A stretch of DNA of 64,000 nucleotides from Candidatus Poribacteria bacterium. Its GTDB lineage: Bacteria > Poribacteria > WGA-4E > GCA-2687025. Positions within the stretch are counted from its first letter, which is position 1. The number at the start of each line of letters is the position of its first letter. The stretch spans positions 960,001 to 1,024,000 of the forward strand of contig OY762492.1 in the NCBI GenBank assembly GCA_963665845.2, given 5' to 3'. The position numbers were made by a program, and so were the translations under genes. Under the pieces are notes generated by a model. It was not told where the DNA came from and did not search any database. It saw only the letters and a program-made list of their open reading frames with translations. Shown one piece after another: positions 27,269-38,150 of this stretch.

Positions 27269-28433
27269 ACTGTTCCATCGCGGCGGACAGCCCCGCGCCG
27301 CGCGGTATCGACTGCCCCTGGCTTCGCAAAATCGACTCAAGAGCCTCTAGGAAACGCATCACGTTCGCGCGGCTGCACGATTCGCCCATCAAGCCGATGC
27401 GCCATGCCTTTCCTGCGAACGCGCCCAGCCCGCCTCCGATCTCAATGCCGAACTCCTCCAGCAGACGGCGGCGCGCGGCGGCGTCCTCCACCCCGTCCGG
27501 TATGAGAACCATGATCAGCATCGGCGCGCGGTACCCTTCTTGAGCGCCGAGAGTCAATCCGAGCGCTTCGAGGCCGGCGCACAGCGCGGCGGAATGCAGG
27601 CGGTGCCGTTCATACCGCGCTTTAAGCCCCTCCTCGACGACGAGGCGCAAGCTTTCGCGCAGCGCATAGATCATGGAGATGGGCGCCGTATGGTGGTAGA
27701 CCCGCTCCGCCCCCCAGTATTTGGAGATGAGCGTCATGTCCAAATACCATGAGGCAACCTTGCTGCGCCGATTCTGTATCGCTTCAACCGCCCGTTCGCT
27801 GAAGGTGATCGGAGACAAGCCAGGGGGGCAGCTCAAGCATTTTTGCGTTCCGCCGTAACAGATGTCGATGCCGATCTCGTCCACATCAACCGGCGCGCCG
27901 CCGAGCGACGTCACCGAGTCCACCAAAAACAGCGCGCCGCTTTCATGCGCCAGCCGCGCCGTCTCGCGCAGCGGCTGACGCGCGCCTGTAGATGTTTCCA
28001 CATGCACAACTGCCAAGGCCTTCGGATTCGGCGTCTCGTTGAGCGCGTCGGCAACTTTTTCAGGCGGAACAATCTCGCCCCAAGGCGCCTCCACAAGAGT
28101 CGCATGCGCGCCGCACCGCTCAACGATGTCCGCCATGCGCCCGCCGAAGACGCCGTTGACGCAGACGACCGCATGGTCGCCTGGTTCAAGAATGTTGACA
28201 AGCGCCGCCTCCATTCCGGAGCTGCCGGTTCCAGAGACCGGTATCGTCAGCTCGTTCTCGGTACCGAAGACGGCGCGCAGCAGCTCGCGCGTTTCGTCCA
28301 TGATCGCAAGAAAAGCGGGGTCTAAATGCCCCAGCAGCGGCTTGCCCATCGCTTCCAGAACGCGCGGATGCACGGCGCTCGGACCGGGACCCATCAACAC
28401 GCGCTGCGGCGGGTTTAATTCTCCCAGCTTCAC
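27252..28433 (-). CDS. Alanine-glyoxylate/serine-pyruvate aminotransferase (class V)
   Basis: LMGPGPS, HVETSTG, DSVTSLGG, GTQKCLSCPPGL, YHHTAP. Confidence 0.9.
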   Translation of the reverse strand: MKLGELNPPQRVLMGPGPSAVHPRVLEAMGKPLLGHLDPAFLAIMDETRELLRAVFGTENELTIPVSGTGSSGMEAALVNILEPGDHAVVCVNGVFGGRMADIVERCGAHATLVEAPWGEIVPPEKVADALNETPNPKALAVVHVETSTGARQPLRETARLAHESGALFLVDSVTSLGGAPVDVDEIGIDICYGGTQKCLSCPPGLSPITFSERAVEAIQNRRSKVASWYLDMTLISKYWGAERVYHHTAPISMIYALRESLRLVVEEGLKARYERHRLHSAALCAGLEALGLTLGAQEGYRAPMLIMVLIPDGVEDAAARRRLLEEFGIEIGGGLGAFAGKAWRIGLMGESCSRANVMRFLEALESILRSQGQSIPRGAGLSAAMEQYESGG

Positions 28434-30028
28434 TGCGTCTCTTTCTGCTCAGGCTTTTTGTCAGCTCCGTCCGCCAAAACCGCCTCCAGCTGGGCGACCA
28501 GCTTAGGGCTGTTCGGCTCCGCGCTCGGCGTAAAGCGCGCGATCACTTCGCCGTCTCGGTTCACCAGGAACTTGTCGAAGTTCCATCGGACATCGCCGCG
28601 CAGCGTTTCATTCGCCACCTCCTGCGTCAGATACGCATACAGCGGATGGATCTGCTCGCCTTTGACGACGATCTTGGAGAAGAGCGGGAAGGTGACCCCG
28701 TAGTTCTTTTTACAGAACTGCTTGATCTCCACATCCGATCCCGGCTCCTGCTGTCCGAATTCGTTCGATGGGAAGCCCAAGACCGAAAAGCCTTGGTCTT
28801 TGTATTTGTTGTAAAGCGCCTCCAGCCCCTCGTATTGCGGGGTGAGACCGCAGTTGGACGCCGTATTGACGATGAGAAGCGCTTGGTTGCGGTACGTTTC
28901 GAGCGGCGCTTCCTCTCCGCTGATTGTCTTCATCGTGAAGCCGTACAGGGGCGCTTCCGTTTCGTAACCGAGCGCGTCCTCTAGCTGGGCGACCAGCTGT
29001 TCATCGTCCGGTTGAGAGCGCGGCGCAAAGCGGGCGATCACTTCGCCGTCTCGGTTCACCAGAAACTTGTCGAAGTTCCATCGGATGTCGCCGCGCAGCG
29101 CTTCATTCTCGATCTCCTGCGTCAGATACGCATACAGCGGATGGATCTGCTCGCCTCTGACAGCGATCTTGGAGAAGAGCGGGAAGGTGACCCCGTAGTT
29201 CTTTTTGCAGAACTCCTTGATCTCCACATCCGATCCCGGCTCCTGCTGCCCGAATTCGTTTGACGGGAAGCCCAAGACCGAAAAGCCGTGGTCTTTGTAT
29301 TTGTTGTAAAGAGCCTCCAGCCCTTCGTATTGCGGGGTGAGACCGCAGTTGGACGCGGTGTTCACGATCAGAAGCGTCTGATTGCGGTACGCTTTGAGCG
29401 GCTTTTCCGCGCCGTTGATCGTCTTCATCGTGAAGCCGTAGATGGGCGGCTCCGGTTCATAACCGAGCGCCTCCTCCAGCTGGGCGACCAGCTCGGGGCT
29501 GTCCGGCGCAACGCGCGGATCAAAGCGCCCGATCACGTCGCCCTCTCGGTTCACCAGAAACTTGTCGAAGTTCCATCGGATGTCGCCGCGCAGCTGTTCG
29601 TTTTCCACCTTTTGCGTCAGATACGCATAAAGCGGATGGATCTGCTCGCCTCTGACGGCGATCTTGGAGAAGAGCGGGAAGGTGACGCCGTAGTTCTTTT
29701 TGCAGAACTGCTTGATTTCGTCGTCGGATCCAGGCTCCTGCTGTCCGAATTCGTTCGACGGAAACGCCAGGACCGAGAACCCGTGATCTTTGTACTTGTG
29801 GTAGAGCGCCTCCAGCGCCTCGTATTGGTTCGTCAAGCCGCATTTGGACGCGGTGTTGACGATGAGAAGCGCCTGGTTGTGAAACGATTTCAGCGCGACC
29901 TCATTGCCGTCAATGCTTTTCATTTTGAACGAGTACAGCGGGGCCGATGTTGTCAGAGACGACGATAAGTCGCAACCGGCTATGAGCGCCGCCATGCAAG
30001 CTCCCAGTAGCGCAAGTCGAATCGCCAT
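28430..30028 (-). CDS. Lipoprotein with three tandem glutathione peroxidase domains
   Basis: Lipobox LIAGC. Three copies of IVNTAS.CGLT / FPSNEFGQQEPG / WNFDKFL with a 495-bp period. AGGAG RBS. Confidence 0.9.
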   Translation of the reverse strand: MAIRLALLGACMAALIAGCDLSSSLTTSAPLYSFKMKSIDGNEVALKSFHNQALLIVNTASKCGLTNQYEALEALYHKYKDHGFSVLAFPSNEFGQQEPGSDDEIKQFCKKNYGVTFPLFSKIAVRGEQIHPLYAYLTQKVENEQLRGDIRWNFDKFLVNREGDVIGRFDPRVAPDSPELVAQLEEALGYEPEPPIYGFTMKTINGAEKPLKAYRNQTLLIVNTASNCGLTPQYEGLEALYNKYKDHGFSVLGFPSNEFGQQEPGSDVEIKEFCKKNYGVTFPLFSKIAVRGEQIHPLYAYLTQEIENEALRGDIRWNFDKFLVNRDGEVIARFAPRSQPDDEQLVAQLEDALGYETEAPLYGFTMKTISGEEAPLETYRNQALLIVNTASNCGLTPQYEGLEALYNKYKDQGFSVLGFPSNEFGQQEPGSDVEIKQFCKKNYGVTFPLFSKIVVKGEQIHPLYAYLTQEVANETLRGDVRWNFDKFLVNRDGEVIARFTPSAEPNSPKLVAQLEAVLADGADKKPEQKETQ

Positions 30029-30150
30029 AACAAAACTCCTTGAGTTGCAAACCATGCCATGCACATGATGACTTTTATTTTTAGCGGGGTCAAGCGGATT
30101 CATTGATTTTTTCACTCCCGCGCGTTAAGATAAACGAAACGGAGGAGAAG

Positions 30151-30678
30151 ATGGCTGTCTTAAAAATCGCGCGCATGGGGCATCCCGCTTTGCGGCGGCA
30201 GGCGCTGCCCGTTCCAAGCCGAGAAATACGGTCGCCCCAAACGCGCCGACTCATTGACGACATGATCGACACGCTCGAAGAGTATAACGGCATCGGGCTT
30301 GCCGCGCCGCAGGTGCGCGAATCCAAACGGATCATTCTCGCCGTTCCTCCTCCGCCTGATGAACATACCGAGCCTGAACTGCTCATTTTGATCAACCCGA
30401 AGGTTGTCGAACGCTCCGAAGAGACGCTTGAAGACTGGGAGGGCTGCCTCTCCATCCCCGAAATACGCGGTCTCGTGGAGCGCCCCGTCCGCATTGTCGT
30501 CGAAGCGAAAGACCCGCTTGACCGCGACCGGCGCATCGAAGCCGAGGGTCTTGCCGCGCGCATCCTGCTCCATGAGATTGACCATCTGGACGGCGTCCTG
30601 TACCTAGACCGCATGAGCAGTATGCAGTCGCTCGCCTATATCGACGAAATGCGCCGGCGCGAGGCGGAAACGGATTAA
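30151..30678 (+). CDS. def: Peptide deformylase
   Basis: GIGLAAPQ, EGCLS, HEIDHLDG. Confidence 0.95.
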   Translation: MAVLKIARMGHPALRRQALPVPSREIRSPQTRRLIDDMIDTLEEYNGIGLAAPQVRESKRIILAVPPPPDEHTEPELLILINPKVVERSEETLEDWEGCLSIPEIRGLVERPVRIVVEAKDPLDRDRRIEAEGLAARILLHEIDHLDGVLYLDRMSSMQSLAYIDEMRRREAETD

Positions 30679-32027
30679 CGAACGCGCGCGCCCGGCTCCC
30701 CTTCTTGAAACGACTGCTCCAACCACGGATCCTTCGTTTCGATTCTAAACTGCATCAGCTTTTTGCGCATCTCCTGAACCGTCCCCGCCAGTTTCGGTTC
30801 GTCAATCAGGTTGCGCGCCTCCGCCGGGTCGTTCTCCATGTCGTATAACGCCTCCGCCGGTTGATTCAAAAAATGGCGCCGCGGCCGTTCTCCTAAGTTT
30901 TCAATGTTTTCGTTCCGTACCGCCGTCCATGTGATGGAGCGGAACAGGTCGCTCGGCAGCGGCGTCGGCAAACCGCTCGCCAGGTTGCGCGTCAATTTGT
31001 AACGGCGTCCGCGCAGGACGCGGTACGGGTAATAATTCGTCACCTCGTGGAAGCAATGCGAAAAGTAGGTTTCTTCCCATTCGCCTCCGCCTGGACGTTC
31101 CGAGTCGTCTTCCAGTATCGGCAGGAGCGAGCGTCCTGGGAGAGGCGCCGCGCCGTCTGGATACTCCGCGCCGCACCAGTTCAGTATCGTCGGGCAGAAA
31201 TCGACCCAGTTCATGAGCGCCTTGTTGACGACGCCGCGCCGCGTCTGCTCTGGGCTGCTGACGATGAGCGGGCAGCGGTGTCCGCTGTCGAAGCTGGACG
31301 CCTTCGCGCCGGGAAACGGCATCGCATGGTCGGTCGTGACAACGATCAGCGTTTCGTCCGCGCGCCCCGACTCTTCCAGCGCCTCTAGAACGGCGCCGAC
31401 GACCTGATCGTAGCGCGAGACGCTTTCATAATACTCTGCCAGATCGCGCCGCGTCGCTTCGTTGTCCGGCAGGAAGTTTGGAACAGGGACATCGGCGGGG
31501 TCGTATGGAACGCGCTGAACGCCCGGCTGAACCTGCTCGTTGCCGTAGCCTTGCCCCGCCCGATGCGGATATGTGCATCCGACATGGCAGTAAAACGGGC
31601 GGTCGGGGTTCATCGCCAAAAAGGTGCGAACCTTCGCCGCCATGTCAAGCGGGCTGCGCGCGTTCACCGCCGGCTCATACGCAAACGGGTAGACGGACGG
31701 CGGATCGACATGCTTTTTGCCAACGCATGCGGTCGCAAAGCCTTGAGAGCGCAAGATTTTCGGGATCGACTGGGAGCCTGCATGCGTGCGGAAACCGTGT
31801 ATGCCGTGCGAATGCCCGTATTGCCCGTGCGTGTGGCTGTGCTGACCGGTGAGAATGCAGGCGCGGCTGACGGCGCAGGAGGGGCTTGTGCAAAAAGCGT
31901 AGTCGAACAGGACGCCCCGCTCCGTCAGCGCGTCGATGTTCGGCGTCTGAATGATCGGATCGCCGTAGGCGCGGCTGAGTCGGCTCCAGTCGTCCGCGAT
32001 GATGAAAAGAACGCTTCGATGGCTCAA
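30675..32027 (-). CDS. Sulfatase (N-sulfoglucosamine sulfohydrolase-like)
   Basis: LFIIADD, TPNID, SPSCAVSRACILTG, GKKH, TTDH. Confidence 0.85.
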   Translation of the reverse strand: MSHRSVLFIIADDWSRLSRAYGDPIIQTPNIDALTERGVLFDYAFCTSPSCAVSRACILTGQHSHTHGQYGHSHGIHGFRTHAGSQSIPKILRSQGFATACVGKKHVDPPSVYPFAYEPAVNARSPLDMAAKVRTFLAMNPDRPFYCHVGCTYPHRAGQGYGNEQVQPGVQRVPYDPADVPVPNFLPDNEATRRDLAEYYESVSRYDQVVGAVLEALEESGRADETLIVVTTDHAMPFPGAKASSFDSGHRCPLIVSSPEQTRRGVVNKALMNWVDFCPTILNWCGAEYPDGAAPLPGRSLLPILEDDSERPGGGEWEETYFSHCFHEVTNYYPYRVLRGRRYKLTRNLASGLPTPLPSDLFRSITWTAVRNENIENLGERPRRHFLNQPAEALYDMENDPAEARNLIDEPKLAGTVQEMRKKLMQFRIETKDPWLEQSFQEGEPGARVR

Positions 32028-32156
32028 TGATCCGCTCCCGCTTTTGATGTTGAGGCGCGTTTAGCGTAACACAGGCGCGGCTAGGAATCAAGGAGCGCAG
32101 CGCGGGGCTGTCTCTATACGATGATATGCATTTTGCGCGACTGCCTGCGGATCCAG

Positions 32157-32232
32157 GCCGTCATTCCCGCGTAAGCGGGAATCCAGAGTTTTCCCATAGA
32201 GCCGTCGCATTCCAAAACGGCGCTCTAAAGAC
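32157..32232. repeat. REP module B with extension, inverted homolog of 39120-39180
   Basis: GTCATTCCCGCGTAAGCGGGAATCCAGAGTTTTCCCA...GCATTCCAAA. Confidence 0.75.
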
Positions 32233-32315
32233 GCAAGATCAGTTCACATGCCTTGAGCGGCTGGAGCGTGTATAATAGATTGCAGGTTGGGTTGGTTTCG
32301 GTTTGGGGAAGCGGT

Positions 32316-33671
32316 TTGAAGCGGCGCGTTTACGGTCTTGAAAACGAGTACGGCATCATCTGCTCCGCCGACAAAAAGGGCGGAAAGGCTCTGTCGATTC
32401 AAAACTCGGTCGTCTATCTCTTCAGGGAAATCATCTCTAAGCGGATGTACCCCGACGTGTTTTTGGAAAACGGGGCGCGGTTTTATCAGGACATCGGCTG
32501 CCATCCAGAATACGCGACGCCCGAATGCGACGATGTGCGGGAGCTGGTCGCGCATGACCGGGCAGGGGAGCGGATCATCGAATACCTTGCCAAATCCGCC
32601 GAAAAAAAGATGCGCCAAGAGGGGCTGCCCGGTAAAATCTCCGTCTTCAAAAACAACACCGACACGCCCGGCAACACCTACGGCTGCCATGAAAATTATC
32701 TGATGGACAGATCGGTCGGCTTTCGACAGCTGCCCGCGCTGCTGATTCCGTTTTTTGTTACGCGGCAGGTGTTCAGCGGGGCCGGGAAGGTTCGCTCGTC
32801 TGAACGGGGGCGGTTTGTCATTTCACAGCGGGCGCAGTATATCCGCGAAGACATCTCCATCGCGACGACGACGGCGCGCGGCATCATCAACACCAGAGAC
32901 GAACCGCACGCCGACCGCGAAAAATACCGCCGCCTGCATGTGATCGTCGGCGACTCGAACATGTCCGAATTTGTGACCTATTTAAAGGTCGGGACGACGG
33001 ACCTGATACTCCAGATGATCGAGGACGGCGCCTTAGACAAATCGCTGGAGCTGCGCGAGTCGGTGCCGGCGCTGACGCAGATCTCCGAAGACCTGGAATG
33101 CAAGCGGGAGATTGAACTGCAAAGCGGAAAGCGAATGACCGCCGTCCAGGTTCAGCGCGAATACTGGATGCGGGCGAAGGAGTACTATCAGCATGAGGAC
33201 AGCCCGTTTGTGAAGGACATCCTTGAAAAATGGGACATGGTGCTGACGGGGCTTGAGACCGATCCTGAAAGCCTGCATCGTTATCTGGACTGGGTCAACA
33301 AGCGGCAGATACTGGAAAAGTATGCCGCGTCGCGCAAAATTCGGTGGGACAGCCACGCGCTTTTGCGGCTAGACTTAGAATATCACAACATCAATATGTC
33401 GAAGGGCATCTTTTACTCGATGGAGAAAAAAGGTCTCGTGGAGCGGCTTGTCACGGACAAGGAAATTGAACGCGCCATGAGGCATCCGCCCAAGACAACC
33501 CGCGCCGCTTTCCGCGGCCGATTCGTAAAACTGCAAAACGAAGAAAAAATTCTGTGCGGCGTCAACTGGAGCTACATCCAGCTTTATGAGCCGTACCAAA
33601 AGCTGTATCTGTCCACCGATCCGCTGCAGCCGGATTATGAAGAAGCGAACCGCATGATCTATTCCATGTAA
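32316..33671 (+). CDS. pafA: Pup--protein ligase family (PafA-like)
   Basis: [71 protein letters not shown]. About 451 aa. Confidence 0.9.
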   Translation: MKRRVYGLENEYGIICSADKKGGKALSIQNSVVYLFREIISKRMYPDVFLENGARFYQDIGCHPEYATPECDDVRELVAHDRAGERIIEYLAKSAEKKMRQEGLPGKISVFKNNTDTPGNTYGCHENYLMDRSVGFRQLPALLIPFFVTRQVFSGAGKVRSSERGRFVISQRAQYIREDISIATTTARGIINTRDEPHADREKYRRLHVIVGDSNMSEFVTYLKVGTTDLILQMIEDGALDKSLELRESVPALTQISEDLECKREIELQSGKRMTAVQVQREYWMRAKEYYQHEDSPFVKDILEKWDMVLTGLETDPESLHRYLDWVNKRQILEKYAASRKIRWDSHALLRLDLEYHNINMSKGIFYSMEKKGLVERLVTDKEIERAMRHPPKTTRAAFRGRFVKLQNEEKILCGVNWSYIQLYEPYQKLYLSTDPLQPDYEEANRMIYSM

Positions 33672-33688
33672 ACGTCATTGGAGGCGCC

Positions 33689-36409
33689 ATGCCCGACGAA
33701 CCAAAAAATGTGTACTACTTCAGCCAAACGAAAACGGATGGCGACGCGACCCTGCGGGAACTCCTCGGCGGTAAAGGAGCCAACCTTGCCGAGATGAGCC
33801 GCATTGGGCTGCCCGTTCCGCCCGGCTTCACGATCACGACCGACGTCTGCACCTACTTCACCCAGAACGACCGATCCTACCCATACGGGCTGCGCGAAGA
33901 GACGGCGGACGCTGTCCAGTTTTTGGAAACGCAGACAGGGAAGGTTTTTGGAGACAGCGAAAACCCGCTGCTGTTCTCGGTGCGCTCCGGCTCGCGGGAA
34001 TCGATGCCCGGCATGATGGACACGATCTTGAACCTTGGGCTGAACGATCAGACCGTTCAGGCGCTGGGGCGTCAAACGAACAATGACCGGTTTGCGTGGG
34101 ACTGCTACCGTCGCTTTGTGCAGATGTACGGCGATGTCGTCATGGGCGTTCAGCCGAGGGACGACCATGAGCATGAGCCGTTTGACGAGGTGATGGACGC
34201 GCTGAAAGTGGAATGCGGAGCGCAGCAGGACGCCGACATGACCGCGGACGATCTGCAGGAGCTGATTAAGAGGTACAACCGCCTCATCAAGCAGCGGACG
34301 GGGCGCGAATTTCCGCAAGACCCTGTTGAGCAGCTGTGGGGAGCTGTCGGGGCGGTGTTCGGGTCATGGGACAATGAGCGCGCCGTTGTGTATCGGCGGC
34401 GGTACCATATCCCGTCCGACTGGGGAACGGCGGTGAACGTTCAGACGATGGCGTTTGGAAACATGGGAGAGGATTCTGGGACAGGCGTCGCCTTCACGCG
34501 CGACCCTGCGACGGGCGAAAAGACGTTTTACGGCGAATACCTATTGAACGCGCAGGGCGAAGATGTGGTCGCCGGCGTTCGGACGCCAAAGCCGGTCGCC
34601 CAGCTTGCCGAAGAGATGCCTGAAGCGTACGAGGAGCTGGAACGCATCCGCGGCGTTCTTGAGCGTCAGTTCCGCGATATGCAAGATTTTGAGTTCACCA
34701 TTGAGCGCAACACGGTTTATCTTCTGCAGACGCGCAACGGAAAGCGGACGGGGCTTGCCGCCATTCGCATCGCCGCGGAGATGGCGAACGAGGGGCTGGT
34801 GGACTGGAAGGCGGCGATCCAGACGATACCGCCCGATTCGCTTGAGCATATCTTGGCGCCCGTGTTTGACGCGGACGGTTTGCGTCAGGCGGCGGCGGAC
34901 GATCGGCTGCTGGCGCGCGGGCTGCCGGCGGGTCCCGGCGCCGCTTCAGGAAAGATTGTTTTCAGCGCCGACGCGGCGGAGGAGCGGTCCGCGGCGGGAG
35001 AAAAGGTTGTTCTCGCCCGCATCGAAACCAGCCCTGAAGATCTAAGAGGCATGCTCGCTTCAGACGGCATTTTGACCGCCAGAGGCGGCGTCAGCAGCCA
35101 TGCCGCTCTGGTCGCCCGGCAGATGGGCAAGGTGTGCGTCTGCGGGTGCGGCGATCTGAACATCAATTACGAACGGCGGGAGATGCAGGTCGCCGGGCGC
35201 GTTCTGCGCGAAGGCGACGAAATCTCCATCGACGGCTCCACGGGTCAGGTGTTTGAAGGCAGCATCAACACGGCGCCCAGCGAAGTGATTCAGGCGCTCG
35301 TTGACAACCGCGAAGAGGCGAAGGAAAGCAAAACCTACCAGCTGTACGCGCAGATCATGGAGTGGGCGGACGAGGCGCGTAAATTGGGCGTCCGCGCGAA
35401 CGCCGACCAGCCCGACCAAGCGGAAAACGGCATCGCGTTCGGCGCCGAGGGCATCGGTCTCTGCCGAACGGAGCATATGTTTTTTGAAGGCGGACGCATC
35501 GTCGCCGTGCGCGAGATGATTCTCGCCGACAGCGAAGAGGAGCGGCGAAACGCGCTCGCCAAACTGCTCCCGATGCAGCGCGAAGACTTTGAGGAAATCT
35601 TCCGCGCGATGGACGGGTTGCCTGTAACGATACGGACGCTGGACCCGCCGCTGCATGAGTTTCTGCCGCATACCGAGCGCGAAACGGAGCAGGTCGCGCA
35701 GGAGCTGGGCGTCTCTATCGACGCGGTGAAGGCGTCCATCGCGGCGCTGGAAGAGGCGAACCCGATGCTGGGGCATCGCGGCTGCAGGCTTGGGATCGCG
35801 TATCCTGAAATCACCGAGACGCAGGCGCAGGCGATCTTCGAAGCGGCGGTGAATGTCGCCAAAGAAGGCGTTGACGTTCAGCCCGAAATCATGGTGCCGC
35901 TTGTCGGGACGCGCAAGGAGCTGACGCTGCAGCGCGAGGTGATCGACGCGGCGGCAAAACGCGTCTTTGAAGAGCAAGGGCATGCGGTCGAGTACCTTGT
36001 CGGGACGATGATCGAGGTGCCGCGCGCCGCGCTGGTCGCGAATCAGATTGCGGAAGACGCCGATTTCTTCAGCTTCGGCACCAACGATCTGACGCAGACC
36101 GCGTTCGGGCTGTCGAGAGACGACGCGCCCCGCTTTCTCCCGATCTACATTGAGCGGGACATCTACCTGGGCGATCCGTTCGTCGCTATTGACCAAGACG
36201 GCGTCGGACAGCTGATCGAAATCGGAACGGAGAAAGGGCGGGAGACGCGCTCCGATCTGAAAGTCGGCATCTGCGGAGAGCATGGCGGAGAGCCGTCCTC
36301 GGTCGCTTTTTGCCATCGCGCCGGGCTGGATTATGTGAGCTGCTCGCCGTTCCGCGTGCCGATTGCGCGGCTGGCTGCCGCTCAAGCGGCGTTGAAAGAC
36401 GAAGCGTAA
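33689..36409 (+). CDS. ppdK: Pyruvate, phosphate dikinase
   Basis: [54 protein letters not shown]. Confidence 0.97.
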   Translation: MPDEPKNVYYFSQTKTDGDATLRELLGGKGANLAEMSRIGLPVPPGFTITTDVCTYFTQNDRSYPYGLREETADAVQFLETQTGKVFGDSENPLLFSVRSGSRESMPGMMDTILNLGLNDQTVQALGRQTNNDRFAWDCYRRFVQMYGDVVMGVQPRDDHEHEPFDEVMDALKVECGAQQDADMTADDLQELIKRYNRLIKQRTGREFPQDPVEQLWGAVGAVFGSWDNERAVVYRRRYHIPSDWGTAVNVQTMAFGNMGEDSGTGVAFTRDPATGEKTFYGEYLLNAQGEDVVAGVRTPKPVAQLAEEMPEAYEELERIRGVLERQFRDMQDFEFTIERNTVYLLQTRNGKRTGLAAIRIAAEMANEGLVDWKAAIQTIPPDSLEHILAPVFDADGLRQAAADDRLLARGLPAGPGAASGKIVFSADAAEERSAAGEKVVLARIETSPEDLRGMLASDGILTARGGVSSHAALVARQMGKVCVCGCGDLNINYERREMQVAGRVLREGDEISIDGSTGQVFEGSINTAPSEVIQALVDNREEAKESKTYQLYAQIMEWADEARKLGVRANADQPDQAENGIAFGAEGIGLCRTEHMFFEGGRIVAVREMILADSEEERRNALAKLLPMQREDFEEIFRAMDGLPVTIRTLDPPLHEFLPHTERETEQVAQELGVSIDAVKASIAALEEANPMLGHRGCRLGIAYPEITETQAQAIFEAAVNVAKEGVDVQPEIMVPLVGTRKELTLQREVIDAAAKRVFEEQGHAVEYLVGTMIEVPRAALVANQIAEDADFFSFGTNDLTQTAFGLSRDDAPRFLPIYIERDIYLGDPFVAIDQDGVGQLIEIGTEKGRETRSDLKVGICGEHGGEPSSVAFCHRAGLDYVSCSPFRVPIARLAAAQAALKDEA

Positions 36410-36418
36410 GGCGGCGGT

Positions 36419-37045
36419 ATGGCGCTGATACCGGCGCGGTACGCTTTTCGCCCCGTCGCGGAATGCAGGCGCATCGGACCGATGGAGCCGTTTGAGATCG
36501 TCTCCCCGCCTTACCTTTTAACAGGTCTGATTGGGGACGGAGACGACGACTGGGACGAGCCGTTTGCGACCGCATACGCCGGCTGGACAGACGACGAACT
36601 GCGCTTCGGTTTTCAGGTGAACCTGCGACGCCCGCCCCAACCGCTTCCAAACCGATGGTGGGAGGGAGACTGCGCGGAGATCTTTTTAGACCTGCGCGGC
36701 TCCCTCCCGCGCGACCGGTACACGGAGCATTGCGTTCACTTCTTCCTGCTGCCCGGTCGGGAGCCGATAGCGGGGCGGTGCGAGCCGGCGGTCGAATATC
36801 AGGTTGCCATCCCGAACGATGAAACGGTGCGCGTCCACTGCGACCTTTTCAACCGCGGATACAAGCTGGACGCGACGCTCACGCGGCAGACGATACCGAC
36901 CTTCGACCCGACCGCCCATAAAAGGATCGGCTTCAACTACATCATCCGAGACGCCGGCGGACGAACGCAGCATTGGACAGCGGGGCAGGAGCTAGACCCG
37001 TTCCGCGACCCAAGCGTCTGGGGGCTGCTGGAGCTGGTCAAGTGA
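36419..37045 (+). CDS. CBM9/DOMON-like domain protein
   Basis: YAGWTDDELRFGF, WEGDCAEIFLD, IGFNYIIRD, PSVWGLLEL. Confidence 0.65.
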   Translation: MALIPARYAFRPVAECRRIGPMEPFEIVSPPYLLTGLIGDGDDDWDEPFATAYAGWTDDELRFGFQVNLRRPPQPLPNRWWEGDCAEIFLDLRGSLPRDRYTEHCVHFFLLPGREPIAGRCEPAVEYQVAIPNDETVRVHCDLFNRGYKLDATLTRQTIPTFDPTAHKRIGFNYIIRDAGGRTQHWTAGQELDPFRDPSVWGLLELVK

Positions 37046-37057
37046 GCGGCTGAAAGC

Positions 37058-37981
37058 CTACTGCCCGCGTTCTATCAGTGCGTCCAGATCAATCACTTTC
37101 TCAACGACTCCTAAATCCAGCTCCTTCACAATCGCGCGGGGGTCGTCTGGCTTCGCTTGCCGATATTCGGCGTATTGGTCGGACAAAGACGGTTTTCGAA
37201 TGATGTCTAAAATCGCCCCCAGTCTAGACATCTCTGCTTCCTCATTCTGTGAAAGGCCGCCGCTTTGAAAACGCTTGAGCAGATCCTGTTCTCTGCTCTC
37301 CCACTTCGCAAAGGCCTGACGGCCCTTCTCGTCAAGTATTGCCTTTGTTTGGTATGTTACCTTCAGAATTTCAAAACCTTTCAGATAGCGAATCTCGCCG
37401 TTCGGCAAGGTCGCTTTCGCGTACAATTCGGTCTCGGGCAGACGACCCGTATGCACCAGCAATCGGGTTGGTTCAGACCATTTATCTGAAAGTCGATCGC
37501 TGTTTTCGATGTATGTTCCGTCGGGCGTGTACTCTGGAAGAAATGGATTCATCGCTTCTCTCAATTGCGGCATCTCGTTGTTGAAAAAAACGCGGTCATA
37601 CACAATACCGCGCGCTGCCACCGAGGAGGGCGGCTTTCCTTCCGCAATCATACGATCGTGCTCCAATCCGACCAGCTCCGCAAAGAAGTCATACGCTTCT
37701 TCCTTCGTTTTGAAATTGTACGGATTCTCGCCTGCGGAAACGCCTACCGATTCAGGCGCCTCAGAAAGCTCGGACGGTCCGGACGCGGTCGGCTTCTCCT
37801 CAACGCGTTTCGGCGTTTGCCCATCAACCGTCAACCTTTCGGCGCCGCGCGCCTCCGTTTCAGAGGATGCCGTATCCATGTCTTTGGAGTCGACGGCTCC
37901 ATTCATCCAAAGGAACCATGCCAGAATTGCCAACAACACAGCGGCGACGGACACAACCGCCATAAGAAAACGACGAGACAT
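37058..37981 (-). CDS. Hypothetical N-terminally anchored protein
   Basis: GGAGG RBS. Hydrophobic N-terminus then a disordered linker. AT-richer codons. Confidence 0.65.
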   Translation of the reverse strand: MSRRFLMAVVSVAAVLLAILAWFLWMNGAVDSKDMDTASSETEARGAERLTVDGQTPKRVEEKPTASGPSELSEAPESVGVSAGENPYNFKTKEEAYDFFAELVGLEHDRMIAEGKPPSSVAARGIVYDRVFFNNEMPQLREAMNPFLPEYTPDGTYIENSDRLSDKWSEPTRLLVHTGRLPETELYAKATLPNGEIRYLKGFEILKVTYQTKAILDEKGRQAFAKWESREQDLLKRFQSGGLSQNEEAEMSRLGAILDIIRKPSLSDQYAEYRQAKPDDPRAIVKELDLGVVEKVIDLDALIERGQ

Positions 37982-38150
37982 GTTTTTCCTCCTGTTGAAA
38001 AGGATCCTGTTGTGTCGATTCATGGTGCGCGTTAACGCTCCATGACAGAGTATAACATGGCAACCCTGAACCGCGCAACCAAATTCAAGATTTTTCTCTT
38101 GAACTTTACATTCGCCGAATAAAGCGACTGCGCCCGTTCAAAATGCGGCT

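Noticed and set aside
13572-28433. Proteins ending in GG (NUDIX, sorbosone dehydrogenase, UppS, aminotransferase) as ubiquitin-like or Pup modifiers
   Set aside because: PafA needs a C-terminal Glu (GGE/GGQ). Two of the tails derive from a repeat, and all four have ordinary enzyme folds.
28430-30028. Selenocysteine GPx
   Set aside because: The active-site codons are TGC and there is no in-frame TGA.
35060-36385. Long antisense ORFs (also 7703..8899, 21631..22812, 46151..47362)
   Set aside because: Shadow frames of well-supported genes in GC-rich DNA.
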